Shown: positions 1 to 8,629 of the stretch, piece by piece | Numbering within the stretch: position 1 is the stretch's first letter | Layout of the letters: the number at the start of each line of letters is the position of its first letter | NCBI GenBank assembly: GCA_002691145.1 | Contig: NZHE01000026.1 | Location: 15,678-79,677 of the forward strand | Direction: 5' to 3' | DNA: 64,000 bases | DNA from: Rickettsiales bacterium | GTDB lineage: Bacteria; Pseudomonadota; Alphaproteobacteria; Methylaequorales; Methylaequoraceae | Translations under genes and position numbers: made by a program | The notes under the pieces: model-generated | The model's database searches: none | What the model was told of the DNA's origin: nothing | The model's input: only the letters and a program-made list of their open reading frames with translations

Positions 1-1331
1 CCTTTAACCATCTCCTCTTTATTAAGATTACGACCAATAAAGACAAGTTGGTTTTTTCTTGGCAAACTTCCCCATGGACGGTCAGGTTTGCCATCAAAAA
101 GCATGTGAACTCCCTGGAATACAAATCTATCTGATTCTCCGGCAATACTCAGAAATCCTTTCATACGGAAAATATCTATGCCTTTTTCACCAAGTAATTT
201 TGAAAGCCAAGCCTGTAATTTATTTTGATCTAAGTCACCGTCCTTTTCAATGGAAATAGATCCAACCTCATCGTCATGTTCATGTTGCGCAATCCAAGTT
301 CTTTGTTCAACAACTGGTATTTCGGCATTATTTTCTGCTTGAATTAGCTTCATATCAAATTCTTCAGCAGTATGCTGAGCAAAAAGTCCAATATGCATTT
401 CCTTTTCAATATCTATATAAAAAACTTTTTGTCCAGGTAATTCAAGCTTTAAATTGACATGTTTTCCCTTTGGAATAATTTCTTCAGGGTTGATGATTTC
501 TGGCTCCTCTGCATACAAGCGAACGCATTGTTCTGCACTGTTTCTAAGATCAGCATCATGGTTACCTTGTTCAATTCCAATAACTAGAGACATTGTCGGG
601 TCAGGTCCTTCGGAAAGGACTAGTTTGTATTTTCCAGGCAATGTTTTGTAAACACCTGTCCATTCAAATGGATACTCTGGCTCTAGAAATGTAGGTCGAC
701 GTTTAAGTACTTGGTCTAAATTAAAAGCACTTTTATCAAGAACAGAATTGATGGGAACGTTAGCCATCTCACTTCTAATAAATTTAGCCATTTTATTCAT
801 TTCACGTAAACGAACCTCAAGTTTATCTACCTCATCGTTAATAACTAAATCAGTTTTATTTAAGACAACAACATCTGCAAAAGCTATCTGCTCAGTGCTC
901 TCGTCACTTCTACCAAGTTGTTGTTTAATATGGTATGTATCAACTAATGTAATAATTCCATCAAGAGCAAATTCAGAACTGATTTCATCATCCATGAAAA
1001 AAGTCTGGGCTACAGGGCCTGGATCAGCAAGACCAGTAGTCTCTACAATTACATAATCAAATTTATCACGTCTTTTCATGAGATTTCCAAGAACCCTAAT
1101 TAAATCACCACGAACCGTGCAACAAATACAGCCATTGGCCATCTCAAATATTTCTTCCTCTGCATTGATAACCAAAGCCTGATCAATTCCAACTTCACCG
1201 TATTCATTTTCAATCACAGCTATACGCTTGCCGTGCTTCTCACTAAGTATACGATTTAATAAAGTTGTTTTACCTGAACCTAAAAAGCCGGTTAAAATGG
1301 TTACAGGGATCTTTGTTGATGAATTGTTCAT
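1..1331 (-). CDS. COG0523 family GTPase (CobW/ZigA/YjiA-like putative zinc metallochaperone); C-terminus runs off the window start
   Basis: Reverse-strand translation from the ATG at 1329-1331 with an upstream GGAGAA RBS: MNNSSTKIPVTILTGFLGSGKTTLLNRIL... Contains the Walker A motif GFLGSGKTT and the GCICC (CxCC) metal-binding motif typical of COG0523. Not in the ORF track because it runs off the window. Confidence 0.85.
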   Translation of the reverse strand, partial: MNNSSTKIPVTILTGFLGSGKTTLLNRILSEKHGKRIAVIENEYGEVGIDQALVINAEEEIFEMANGCICCTVRGDLIRVLGNLMKRRDKFDYVIVETTGLADPGPVAQTFFMDDEISSEFALDGIITLVDTYHIKQQLGRSDESTEQIAFADVVVLNKTDLVINDEVDKLEVRLREMNKMAKFIRSEMANVPINSVLDKSAFNLDQVLKRRPTFLEPEYPFEWTGVYKTLPGKYKLVLSEGPDPTMSLVIGIEQGNHDADLRNSAEQCVRLYAEEPEIINPEEIIPKGKHVNLKLELPGQKVFYIDIEKEMHIGLFAQHTAEEFDMKLIQAENNAEIPVVEQRTWIAQHEHDDEVGSISIEKDGDLDQNKLQAWLSKLLGEKGIDIFRMKGFLSIAGESDRFVFQGVHMLFDGKPDRPWGSLPRKNQLVFIGRNLNKEEMVK

Positions 1332-1385
1332 TTGGTTCTCCGTTAAAATTTTGCAATAAATATACTTAGTATTTAATTTATAATA

Positions 1386-1583
1386 TTAAAGGTTAGGTAA
1401 AGTATGATCATCTATAATGGTCATCCTTCTCTTTAAATCCTTTAATAAAAGGCGTATTTTTGCATAAGGCTTCATTTTTTTCCACTCTTTACACTCGTCT
1501 AATGTTCGGCCACAACCGATGCACCAATTATTTTTTGCAGTAAACTTACATATATCAATACATGGACTTTTAATTTGTTTCAT
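1386..1583 (-). CDS. DUF1289-like small Cys-rich protein (CxDIC...CxGCxRTxxE...W), immediately upstream of the COG0523 gene on the same strand
   Basis: 65-aa ORF MKQIKSPCIDICKFTAKNNWCIGCGRTLDECKEWKK; the motif pattern matches the DUF1289 predicted Fe-S/metal-binding family. Confidence 0.55.
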   Translation of the reverse strand: MKQIKSPCIDICKFTAKNNWCIGCGRTLDECKEWKKMKPYAKIRLLLKDLKRRMTIIDDHTLPNL

Positions 1584-1700
1584 TAATTAAATTCTTTAAA
1601 TAACTTTTGTATTGTTATGTTATATTTTAACGGTTAAAACAACAATTGATTAAAGTTTATAAAATAAATTTTAAATAACATCATTAATTAGGGTAAAAAA

Positions 1701-2057
1701 ATGGATTTAATTTTAGAGAATATTTTTGATCAAACTACTGGAAATTACAAAGGACTCATCTTTGGGTTTGTTCATGTTGCAATTATGATAATTGGTTATT
1801 ATACAGGTTTTAGTATAAATCGTTTTCTAAAATTGCTTTCCAACGGCTATGTTGCGGGTATCTTTGGAGCAGCTTTATCTCATATTTTTGCTGATATTAT
1901 TGCATGTTATCTTGATCCGGATTTAAGGAAAATGATTTTTGGAGTTGTCATTGGCGGTATAATTCCTCTTTTCTTCATACCAATCTTTGAAAGATTTGTA
2001 GTTAAAAGTAAAGATACTTTCTTAGATGAGACAAAAGAGGAAACAAAAAAAAGCTAA
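1701..2057 (+). CDS. hypothetical small membrane protein
   Basis: 118-aa ORF with 3-4 predicted hydrophobic helices; no recognisable family. Confidence 0.35.
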   Translation: MDLILENIFDQTTGNYKGLIFGFVHVAIMIIGYYTGFSINRFLKLLSNGYVAGIFGAALSHIFADIIACYLDPDLRKMIFGVVIGGIIPLFFIPIFERFVVKSKDTFLDETKEETKKS

Positions 2058-2162
2058 AAATTGAGAACTTCATAAATTTTTTGATGCTTTTATTCAAATG
2101 AAATTTTTTATAATAGTAGTGAAGTAAAGCTATCTAATATAAATTTTTGGTTTTATGAAAAT

Positions 2163-3779
2163 ATGAATTTAGAAAATCTTGATTGGTTAATTATAAGCGG
2201 ATATTTGATTTTTCTAATATTATTGTCTTTTAAATTATCAAAAAATCAAAAAAATTCAAAAGATTATTTTATTGCATCAAGAAAACAAAACTCAAAGAGT
2301 TTAGCAGTATCTATTTTAGCTACTCAATGTTCAACAAATAGTATTTTAGGGGCGCCAGCATTTGTGGCTTTCTCAATTGGTGGAGGATTGAGTTGGCTTC
2401 AGTATGAATTGGCAGTACCTTTATCGATGATTGCTATTATGATTTTCTTGTTCCCGATTTTTTATAAACTAAAGCTTATTTCAATATACGAATTTCTGGA
2501 AAAAAGATTTGATCTTAAAACTAAATTATTAATGAGTATGTTATTTCTTTTTATTCGTGTTTTTGCAACAGGCGTCATTGTTTATAGCGTATCCATAATC
2601 GTAGAGCTCATTTCAGGTTTAAGCTTTATTTATTCGGTTTTAATTTTAGGTATGATAACGATTATTTATGACGTCCTGGGTGGTATAAAAGCCATTATTT
2701 ACAGTGATATAATTCAAATGATAATTTTGACCTCAGTACTCTCTGGGATATTTCTTTATTTAATTAATATTTTTGGTGGATTTAGCTCAATGTTTGATTT
2801 TTTTCCTGCAGAAAGAAATATTAAAATTAATTTTTCTGATCATGGCTTTGGTGATGGAAATGAATTTGCTTTTTGGCCAATGCTCATAGGTGGTTTTTTT
2901 TTATATGTTTCTTATTACGGCTGTGATCAGAGTCAAATGCAAAAAGGGTTATGCGCTAAAAATCAAAATGAAGGTCAAAAAGTTTTTTTTTTAAATGGAA
3001 TTTTGAGATTTCCAATTGTACTTCTTTATTGCTTTATTGGAGTTGGCATAGGTTCTTATGCTGTTTTAGATTCAAGCTTTATTTCTAGTCTTCCTTTACA
3101 AAATGGAAAACCAAATTTTAATTTAGCAGTACCGGTTTTTCTTATGGAAAATTTACCAACGGGAATCTTAGGATTAACGCTTGTAGCTTTATTTTCTGCT
3201 GCAATGTCATCTTTAGATTCTGTACTCAATAGTTTGTCGGCAGTAACAATTGAGGATTTTATTAAAAGAAAAAAGGGTTTTAGTAGTTATTCAGAAAGAA
3301 AAATTCTTTTTATTTCCAGAGCTGTTACATTATTTTGGGGTATGTTAGCTATCGTTTTGGCTTTTTATGTTGAAAATGTTTCAAATAATGTGCTTATTGC
3401 TATTAATAAAATTGGTTCTCTAATTAATGGACCAATAGTTGGTGTTTTTTTATTAGGTATATTTACAAAAAAAATTAACGGTACAAGTGCCTGCATAGGA
3501 GTTGTAGGAGGATTCATATGTAATCTTTATTTTTGGATTTATGTTGAGAGTGTATCTTGGCTTTGGTGGAATGTAATAGGTTTAATCGTTACATTTAAGA
3601 TTGCAGTAATTTATTATTATTTTTTTTGTGGTAAAAAACTTTGCAATAATAATGTATGGTCATTAAATTCATTTAAGAAATTGGGCTTTAATAGTGAATG
3701 GGAAGTTAGGTATATTATTTTATTTGTTTGGTTTATCCTTATATTTATTTTAATTTATAGTCTCAAAAATATTTTTTAA
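2163..3779 (+). CDS. sodium:solute symporter (SSS) family transporter with extra C-terminal TM segments
   Basis: 538-aa polytopic protein; the N-terminal two thirds fit the SSS family (PutP/SglT-like) pattern. Confidence 0.7.
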   Translation: MNLENLDWLIISGYLIFLILLSFKLSKNQKNSKDYFIASRKQNSKSLAVSILATQCSTNSILGAPAFVAFSIGGGLSWLQYELAVPLSMIAIMIFLFPIFYKLKLISIYEFLEKRFDLKTKLLMSMLFLFIRVFATGVIVYSVSIIVELISGLSFIYSVLILGMITIIYDVLGGIKAIIYSDIIQMIILTSVLSGIFLYLINIFGGFSSMFDFFPAERNIKINFSDHGFGDGNEFAFWPMLIGGFFLYVSYYGCDQSQMQKGLCAKNQNEGQKVFFLNGILRFPIVLLYCFIGVGIGSYAVLDSSFISSLPLQNGKPNFNLAVPVFLMENLPTGILGLTLVALFSAAMSSLDSVLNSLSAVTIEDFIKRKKGFSSYSERKILFISRAVTLFWGMLAIVLAFYVENVSNNVLIAINKIGSLINGPIVGVFLLGIFTKKINGTSACIGVVGGFICNLYFWIYVESVSWLWWNVIGLIVTFKIAVIYYYFFCGKKLCNNNVWSLNSFKKLGFNSEWEVRYIILFVWFILIFILIYSLKNIF

Positions 3780-4311
3780 ATTATTGTTTTTAAATATTTT
3801 TTTTGTAGTTATTTTAATAAAATTAAAAGATATTAGATTTCGCATGTTTTAAACATCTGTAACAAAAAATTTTTAAAATAGTATTTTTGATGCTACGTAA
3901 AATTTAGTAAAAAAGAGGAAATTATAATATAATTTGTGTCGATAATGTTAAAAATATTGCAATGAGTTCCTATGCTCTTTGGAATGGTAGTGATGTTTCC
4001 AAGTTGAAATAAAGCAAGTTTCTTCACAAATAAAGATTATTAGATAGATCTAAAAATTATAGATAACAAAAAAAAAATAATTTAAGAATATATATATATA
4101 TTTTAAAAATTTAAGGTTTAGTGTATCTAATTTAAATTTTTATTTAAAATCTTTACTTCTTAAGTACAAAAAAATTAATTGAATAAATTAATAGTGATTC
4201 AAAATCAAAAAAATATTTAACTTAATTAATATAAAATGAATATAGCTGTCAGACTTTTTTAACTTTGGTGTGTTAAATAATATATAATTTTAATTTTTTA
4301 AAGGACAAAAA

Positions 4312-4389
4312 ATGGCTTGGACAAAACCAATAATTTCTGAAATCTCTGTAGGTCTTGAAATCAATTCTTATGCTTGCGCTGAGAAGTAA
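4312..4389 (+). CDS. pqqA: PqqA-like peptide (coenzyme PQQ precursor family), 25 aa, stand-alone
   Basis: ATG at 4312 preceded by an AAAGGAC RBS. Translation MAWTKPIISEISVGLEINSYACAEK* is near-identical in pattern to alphaproteobacterial PqqA (e.g. Gluconobacter MAWNTPKVTEIPLGAEINSYVCGEKK) and includes the conserved Glu-X3-Tyr (E16/Y20). Followed by a strong hairpin terminator. Confidence 0.6.
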   Translation: MAWTKPIISEISVGLEINSYACAEK

Positions 4390-4416
4390 CTTCAAACTGT
4401 AAATCAATTTCTTTTG

Positions 4417-4448
4417 AAAAGCCTGACCAAGTAGTCAGGCTTTTTTTT
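4417..4448. terminator. bidirectional rho-independent terminator between pqqA-like (+) and cobS (-)
   Basis: AAAA-GCCTGAC-caagta-GTCAGGC-TTTTTTTT: a perfect 7-bp GC-rich stem flanked by an A-run and a T-run, so it works on both strands. Confidence 0.65.
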
Positions 4449-4466
4449 GTCTGAAGTAATTTATTT

Positions 4467-5243
4467 TTAAATTCCAATTACCACTGTATTACCGATTAGA
4501 AATGTGAGTTCTGTAAGAAAAGCAATTGCTCCTAAAATATCACCTGTAATACCTCCCAAAACTTTTTTTGCCTTTATTCCTAAAATTAAAATGACTGATA
4601 TTGTGAAAATAATTCCAAAAAAAACACCTAAAAATGGAAATATTAATAAAGTTGGTAAAGCCCATATTAAACATGCGCAAACTAATTGTTTATGTGAAAC
4701 TTTACCAACTATACTGCCTATTTTCGCAAATTTTGAATGCTTAAAAAAATTTCTTGTAAATATTATTGCTAACTTTCCTGAAGCAAATGCTATTGACAAA
4801 ATCGACACCAAAGAATACCCACTTTCTACCAAAGCTTGAATTAAAGCAAGTCTAAAAAGTAATCCTAAAATTATTGCTACCACTCCATAAGTTCCTAAAC
4901 GACTATCATGTATAATTTTATTTATTTTTTCTGGAGAACCGCCAGCACCTAAACCATCAGCTGAATCTGCCAAGCCATCCTCATGAAAAGCTCCAGTTAA
5001 AAGTACGCTTATAGTTATAGAAATCACACAAGATAAAAATATAGACTGTTCTAAATAAATAAACAAATCACCAATTAATCCTGCTATTAATCCTATTAAT
5101 AGACCTACCAGTGGAAATGACCACGCTGCTTGTGTAAGATCTGGTGGTTTATTCGAAAAATAAGACCAATTAACTGGTATTCTGGTAAAAAACATAACAG
5201 ATGCTATAATGTCTAATAAGTATTTATTTTTTAACAATAACAT
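4467..5243 (-). CDS. cobS: adenosylcobinamide-GDP ribazoletransferase (cobalamin 5'-phosphate synthase)
   Basis: 258-aa polytopic protein MLLLKNKYLLDIIASVMFFTRIPVNW...; typical CobS N-terminus and length. Confidence 0.85.
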   Translation of the reverse strand: MLLLKNKYLLDIIASVMFFTRIPVNWSYFSNKPPDLTQAAWSFPLVGLLIGLIAGLIGDLFIYLEQSIFLSCVISITISVLLTGAFHEDGLADSADGLGAGGSPEKINKIIHDSRLGTYGVVAIILGLLFRLALIQALVESGYSLVSILSIAFASGKLAIIFTRNFFKHSKFAKIGSIVGKVSHKQLVCACLIWALPTLLIFPFLGVFFGIIFTISVILILGIKAKKVLGGITGDILGAIAFLTELTFLIGNTVVIGI

Positions 5244-5248
5244 CGAGT

Positions 5249-6265
5249 TTACTTTTTTTTACTAATTCCAGCCTGAGAAAAAGTAGCCATTTTATTATGA
5301 GTAACTAACGCAGCCTTAATTACAAGGGCAGCTAATGCTCCACCACTGCCCTCCCCTAATCTCATGTTTAAATCAAGAATAGGTTTTTTGTTTAAATAGG
5401 AAATAATACCTTTATGACCCGGTTCTGATGATAAATGAGAAATTAGACAGTGTTGAAGTATATTTTTTTCAAAAAGTGTTAATGTCGCTGCAGATACAGT
5501 TGATATAAAACCATCTAGCAAAACAGGAATACCCATTAATCTTGCCGCAATAACTGAACCAGCAATGGCTGCCATTTCTCTACCTCCAAATGCAGATAAT
5601 ATCTCAAATGCATTATCAAATTGCTTTCCATGTAATTCAAGACCTTTTTTTATAACTGATATCTTTTTTTTTAGTTTTTTTTCTGACACACCAGTACCAA
5701 ATCCAGTCCATTTTTCTACTGATTCATCGAAAAGTGCACAAGATATTGCTGTTGCTGATGTTGTGTTAGATATACCCATTTCACCGAGTATTAATAAATC
5801 ACATTTCTCTGGCACAGAATTAAATCCTATTTGCAAAGCTGATAAGGTTTCCTTTTCATCCATTGCTTTTTCCTCTGAAAAATCTTTTGTTGGGTTGTCA
5901 AGTTCTAAGGGAATTACCGACAAATCAATATTTGCCAAATCACATAACTGATTAATTGCCGCCCCTCCACTTTTAAAATTTTTTACCATTTGCTCTGTTA
6001 CCTCCGCAGAATAAGCTGATACATTTTTTTTTGCTACACCGTGGTTAGAAGCAAAAACTAGACACTTAAAATTATCTATATTGGGTTTTTTTTTCCTTTG
6101 CCATCCAGCCATCCATATAGCATACTCTTCCAGGTCGCCTAAACTTCCATTTGGTTTAGTTAAATTATCTTGGTGTTTTCTAGCTAGATTGGCATAATCT
6201 TCATCAAAATTTTTTAAAGGAATTTTTCCTTCTAAAAATTCTATAATGTTACTTTTATTAGCCAT
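5249..6265 (-). CDS. cobT: nicotinate-nucleotide--dimethylbenzimidazole phosphoribosyltransferase
   Basis: 338 aa; contains the CobT signature LGEMGISNTTSATAI (GEMGIGNTT motif) and the glycine-rich C-terminus. Confidence 0.9.
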   Translation of the reverse strand: MANKSNIIEFLEGKIPLKNFDEDYANLARKHQDNLTKPNGSLGDLEEYAIWMAGWQRKKKPNIDNFKCLVFASNHGVAKKNVSAYSAEVTEQMVKNFKSGGAAINQLCDLANIDLSVIPLELDNPTKDFSEEKAMDEKETLSALQIGFNSVPEKCDLLILGEMGISNTTSATAISCALFDESVEKWTGFGTGVSEKKLKKKISVIKKGLELHGKQFDNAFEILSAFGGREMAAIAGSVIAARLMGIPVLLDGFISTVSAATLTLFEKNILQHCLISHLSSEPGHKGIISYLNKKPILDLNMRLGEGSGGALAALVIKAALVTHNKMATFSQAGISKKK

Positions 6266-6482
6266 TTTAAAGTTTTCAATTATGAAGTTTCTTTTGCAAA
6301 GATCCTTTCACAAAATTTTAACATGATTTAATACTTAAAAGATAAGTTTATGAGCCAAAAATTTGTAAATACAACTTTTTAAAATAATAATACTAACTTC
6401 TAATTTCTAAGAAGACCATATTTTAGTTATTTGTATAAAAAAAATCTTAATTTTTAAAATATTTGAATATTAAATGAATAAA

Positions 6483-6534
6483 AATCTACTTTTAAAAACT
6501 GATTATTTAGAATGAAAAATTTTAAAAGTAGATT
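6483..6534. repeat. perfect 15-bp inverted repeat (AATCTACTTTTAAAA ... TTTTAAAAGTAGATT) with a 22-nt spacer, in the cobT / yqjG divergent intergenic region
   Basis: Direct reading of the sequence; the arms are exact reverse complements. Confidence 0.5.
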
Positions 6535-6697
6535 CTATTAGGCATTAACTTTAAGCAGTACAAGTATTAGTTTATCTTATTCTAAAAAATAATTAAATTA
6601 AAGCTACAATTTTTTTTGAAATTAAATATAATAAATTCATATATTTACGGATTTTTTCTTTTAATAAGCGTTAGTTAATAATTGATATAAAAAAATC

Positions 6698-7627
6698 ATG
6701 GGCAAACTTGTAGATGGAAAGTGGATTACTAGTTCTGTGATAAATTCAGATATAAATGGTAATTATGATCGACTCCCAAGAACTTTCCTAAACTCTATTT
6801 CAGAAAAAAATAATAAATATAAACCTGAGACACAAAGATATCATTTATACGTCAGTTATGCTTGTCCTTGGGCTACTCGAACCCTTATTTATCGAAAATT
6901 AAAACAACTGGAAGAACACATAAGTGTAAGCGTGGTTCACCCAGATATGCTAGATAATGGTTGGATCTTTGATGAAACCTTTTTAGATTCAACCAAAGAT
7001 CATTTATATAATTTTAAATACCTCAAAGATTTATATTTAAAAGCAGATTCAAAAATAACAACAAGTGTAACAGTTCCTATACTTTGGGATAAAAAGACGG
7101 AAACAATTGTAAATAATGAGTCTTCTCAAATTATTCGTATATTTAATTCATCATTTAATAAATTAACAAATAATTATGATGACTATTATCCATTTGATAA
7201 AAAAAAAAAGATCGATCAGCTGAATAAAGAGATATATGAAAATGTTAACAACGGAGTTTATAAAAGTGGTTTTGCTGTAACTCAACAAGCTTATGATAAA
7301 GCAGTTACTAATTTATTCAAAACACTCGAAAAACTTGAAAAAATTCTTGAAAATTCAACTTATTTAATAGGTGATAAAATTTCTGAGGCTGATCTAAGAC
7401 TGGTTCCAACACTATTGAGATTTGATGTTGTTTACGTTTCACATTTTAGATGTAATATTAAACGTATAATTGATTTTAAAAACTTACATCGTTACATGCA
7501 GGAAATGCTTAAAATAAAAGCTGTTAAAGAAACATTTAAAATAAAACATATCAAAAGGCATTATTACTTCAGTCATAAAGAATTAAATCCATTAAGAATT
7601 ATACCCAAAGGACCTGAATTTTATTAA
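6698..7627 (+). CDS. yqjG: glutathionyl-hydroquinone reductase (Xi-class glutathione S-transferase, YqjG/ECM4 family)
   Basis: 309 aa; RYHLYVSYACPWATRTLIYRKLKQLEEHISVSVVHP matches the YqjG CPWA active-site region. Confidence 0.85.
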   Translation: MGKLVDGKWITSSVINSDINGNYDRLPRTFLNSISEKNNKYKPETQRYHLYVSYACPWATRTLIYRKLKQLEEHISVSVVHPDMLDNGWIFDETFLDSTKDHLYNFKYLKDLYLKADSKITTSVTVPILWDKKTETIVNNESSQIIRIFNSSFNKLTNNYDDYYPFDKKKKIDQLNKEIYENVNNGVYKSGFAVTQQAYDKAVTNLFKTLEKLEKILENSTYLIGDKISEADLRLVPTLLRFDVVYVSHFRCNIKRIIDFKNLHRYMQEMLKIKAVKETFKIKHIKRHYYFSHKELNPLRIIPKGPEFY

Positions 7628-7685
7628 AATTTTGTTAATTTTGAATTAAAGAAAAAATAATTGAAAAAAATAAACTAAAGTATAA

Positions 7686-7700
7686 TGTTATAATATAACA
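7686..7700. promoter_or_regulatory. Zur-box-like perfect palindrome TGTTATAATATAACA, 7 nt upstream of the 7708 start codon
   Basis: 7-1-7 perfect palindrome identical to the proteobacterial Zur consensus TGTTATAWTATAACA. Confidence 0.6.
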
Positions 7701-7707
7701 ATACATT

Positions 7708-8334
7708 ATGAATTATTTTAACACTAAAATTAATAGAAAAGTATTAGAATTTAAAAACGAAATTCAAAATTTAAAAATAATTGAAAGAGATATCCCACTT
7801 AATTCAGCAATATTTTTCGAAGAGTTATGTGAATCACTTCCTACAATTAAAGGTTTAGTAGATTACTCTAATGCGGAAAATAATATTCTTCAGCTTTTTG
7901 AAGATAAGGTAAGTATTAAAATTAAGAAAAATCCTTTCTTTAATCTATGGATTAAAGATATGAGTAAATTATGTCAGTTATTTTCTAAACTTTTAGAGGA
8001 AAATACAGTTTTTTTTTGCATTGGAACAAAAAGAGGTTGCAAGCGTTACCATGTAGACATGGTGCCATTCAGATTATTAGTAACTTATGCCGGACAAGGT
8101 ACTGAATTATTACCTAATCATGCAGCAGATCGTGAAGCATTTTTTAAGGGTAAATCTAATAAATTTATTGTTAAGGACAAATCAAAAATCAAACATATTA
8201 AAAATTGGGATATTGCTTTATTTCGGGGAGGAAAAAAAGGTATACTGCACAGAACCCCACATTCAGCATTAAAAAATAGAACATCAATTTTAATGAAAAT
8301 TGACTCCTCATCTTTTTTAGAGCAAATGATCTAG
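7708..8334 (+). CDS. conserved hypothetical protein (possibly DUF1826 family; tentative), predicted Zur-regulated
   Basis: 208-aa ORF with the conserved-looking block CKRYHVDMVPFRLLVTYAGQGTELLPNHAADREAFFKG; a Zur box overlaps its promoter. Confidence 0.45.
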   Translation: MNYFNTKINRKVLEFKNEIQNLKIIERDIPLNSAIFFEELCESLPTIKGLVDYSNAENNILQLFEDKVSIKIKKNPFFNLWIKDMSKLCQLFSKLLEENTVFFCIGTKRGCKRYHVDMVPFRLLVTYAGQGTELLPNHAADREAFFKGKSNKFIVKDKSKIKHIKNWDIALFRGGKKGILHRTPHSALKNRTSILMKIDSSSFLEQMI

Positions 8335-8629
8335 ATTAATAACGAGTAATATAATATATTATTAAATCTTATTTATACAATTTTTCTTTTTTATTATTCA
8401 AGTTATTCTAGTTGTTATCATAAAAAAAATATTCTAATATAAACTCGTAATAATGAGCTAGAGCAATACATGAATACATTTGATTTGGTAAAAAAGGGTT
8501 TCTGGTTTTTGCTTATTCTAGTCATTGTACTATTCCTGATTGCTAGTATTTTTTTTTAGTTTTGTAGCAATAATCTGTAGATCAAATATTCTATACTTAA
8601 ATTAATTACTGTAAATCAAAAATCATCTA

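Noticed and set aside
59-1056. Plus-strand ORFs 59-259, 454-651 and 748-1056 from the six-frame track
   Set aside because: They lie antisense inside the clearly conserved COG0523 GTPase gene (minus strand) and have no protein-like features.
1584-1700. Zur box upstream of the DUF1289-COG0523 operon
   Set aside because: ttgttatgttatattttaac contains TGTTAT half-sites but not a palindrome; kept only as a low-confidence remark in a finding.
3930-3980. 16-codon ORF (MSSYALWNGSDVSKLK) upstream of the pqqA-like gene, considered as a second RiPP-like precursor
   Set aside because: No RBS, no recognisable motif, and such short ORFs are expected by chance in AT-rich spacers.
4504-5951. Plus-strand ORFs 4504-4839 and 5565-5951
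   Set aside because: Antisense to cobS and cobT respectively; low-complexity translations.
6266-6697. Possible cobalamin riboswitch upstream of cobT
   Set aside because: No B12 box (GCCACTG) or other GC-rich conserved riboswitch core in either orientation; the region is almost pure A/T.
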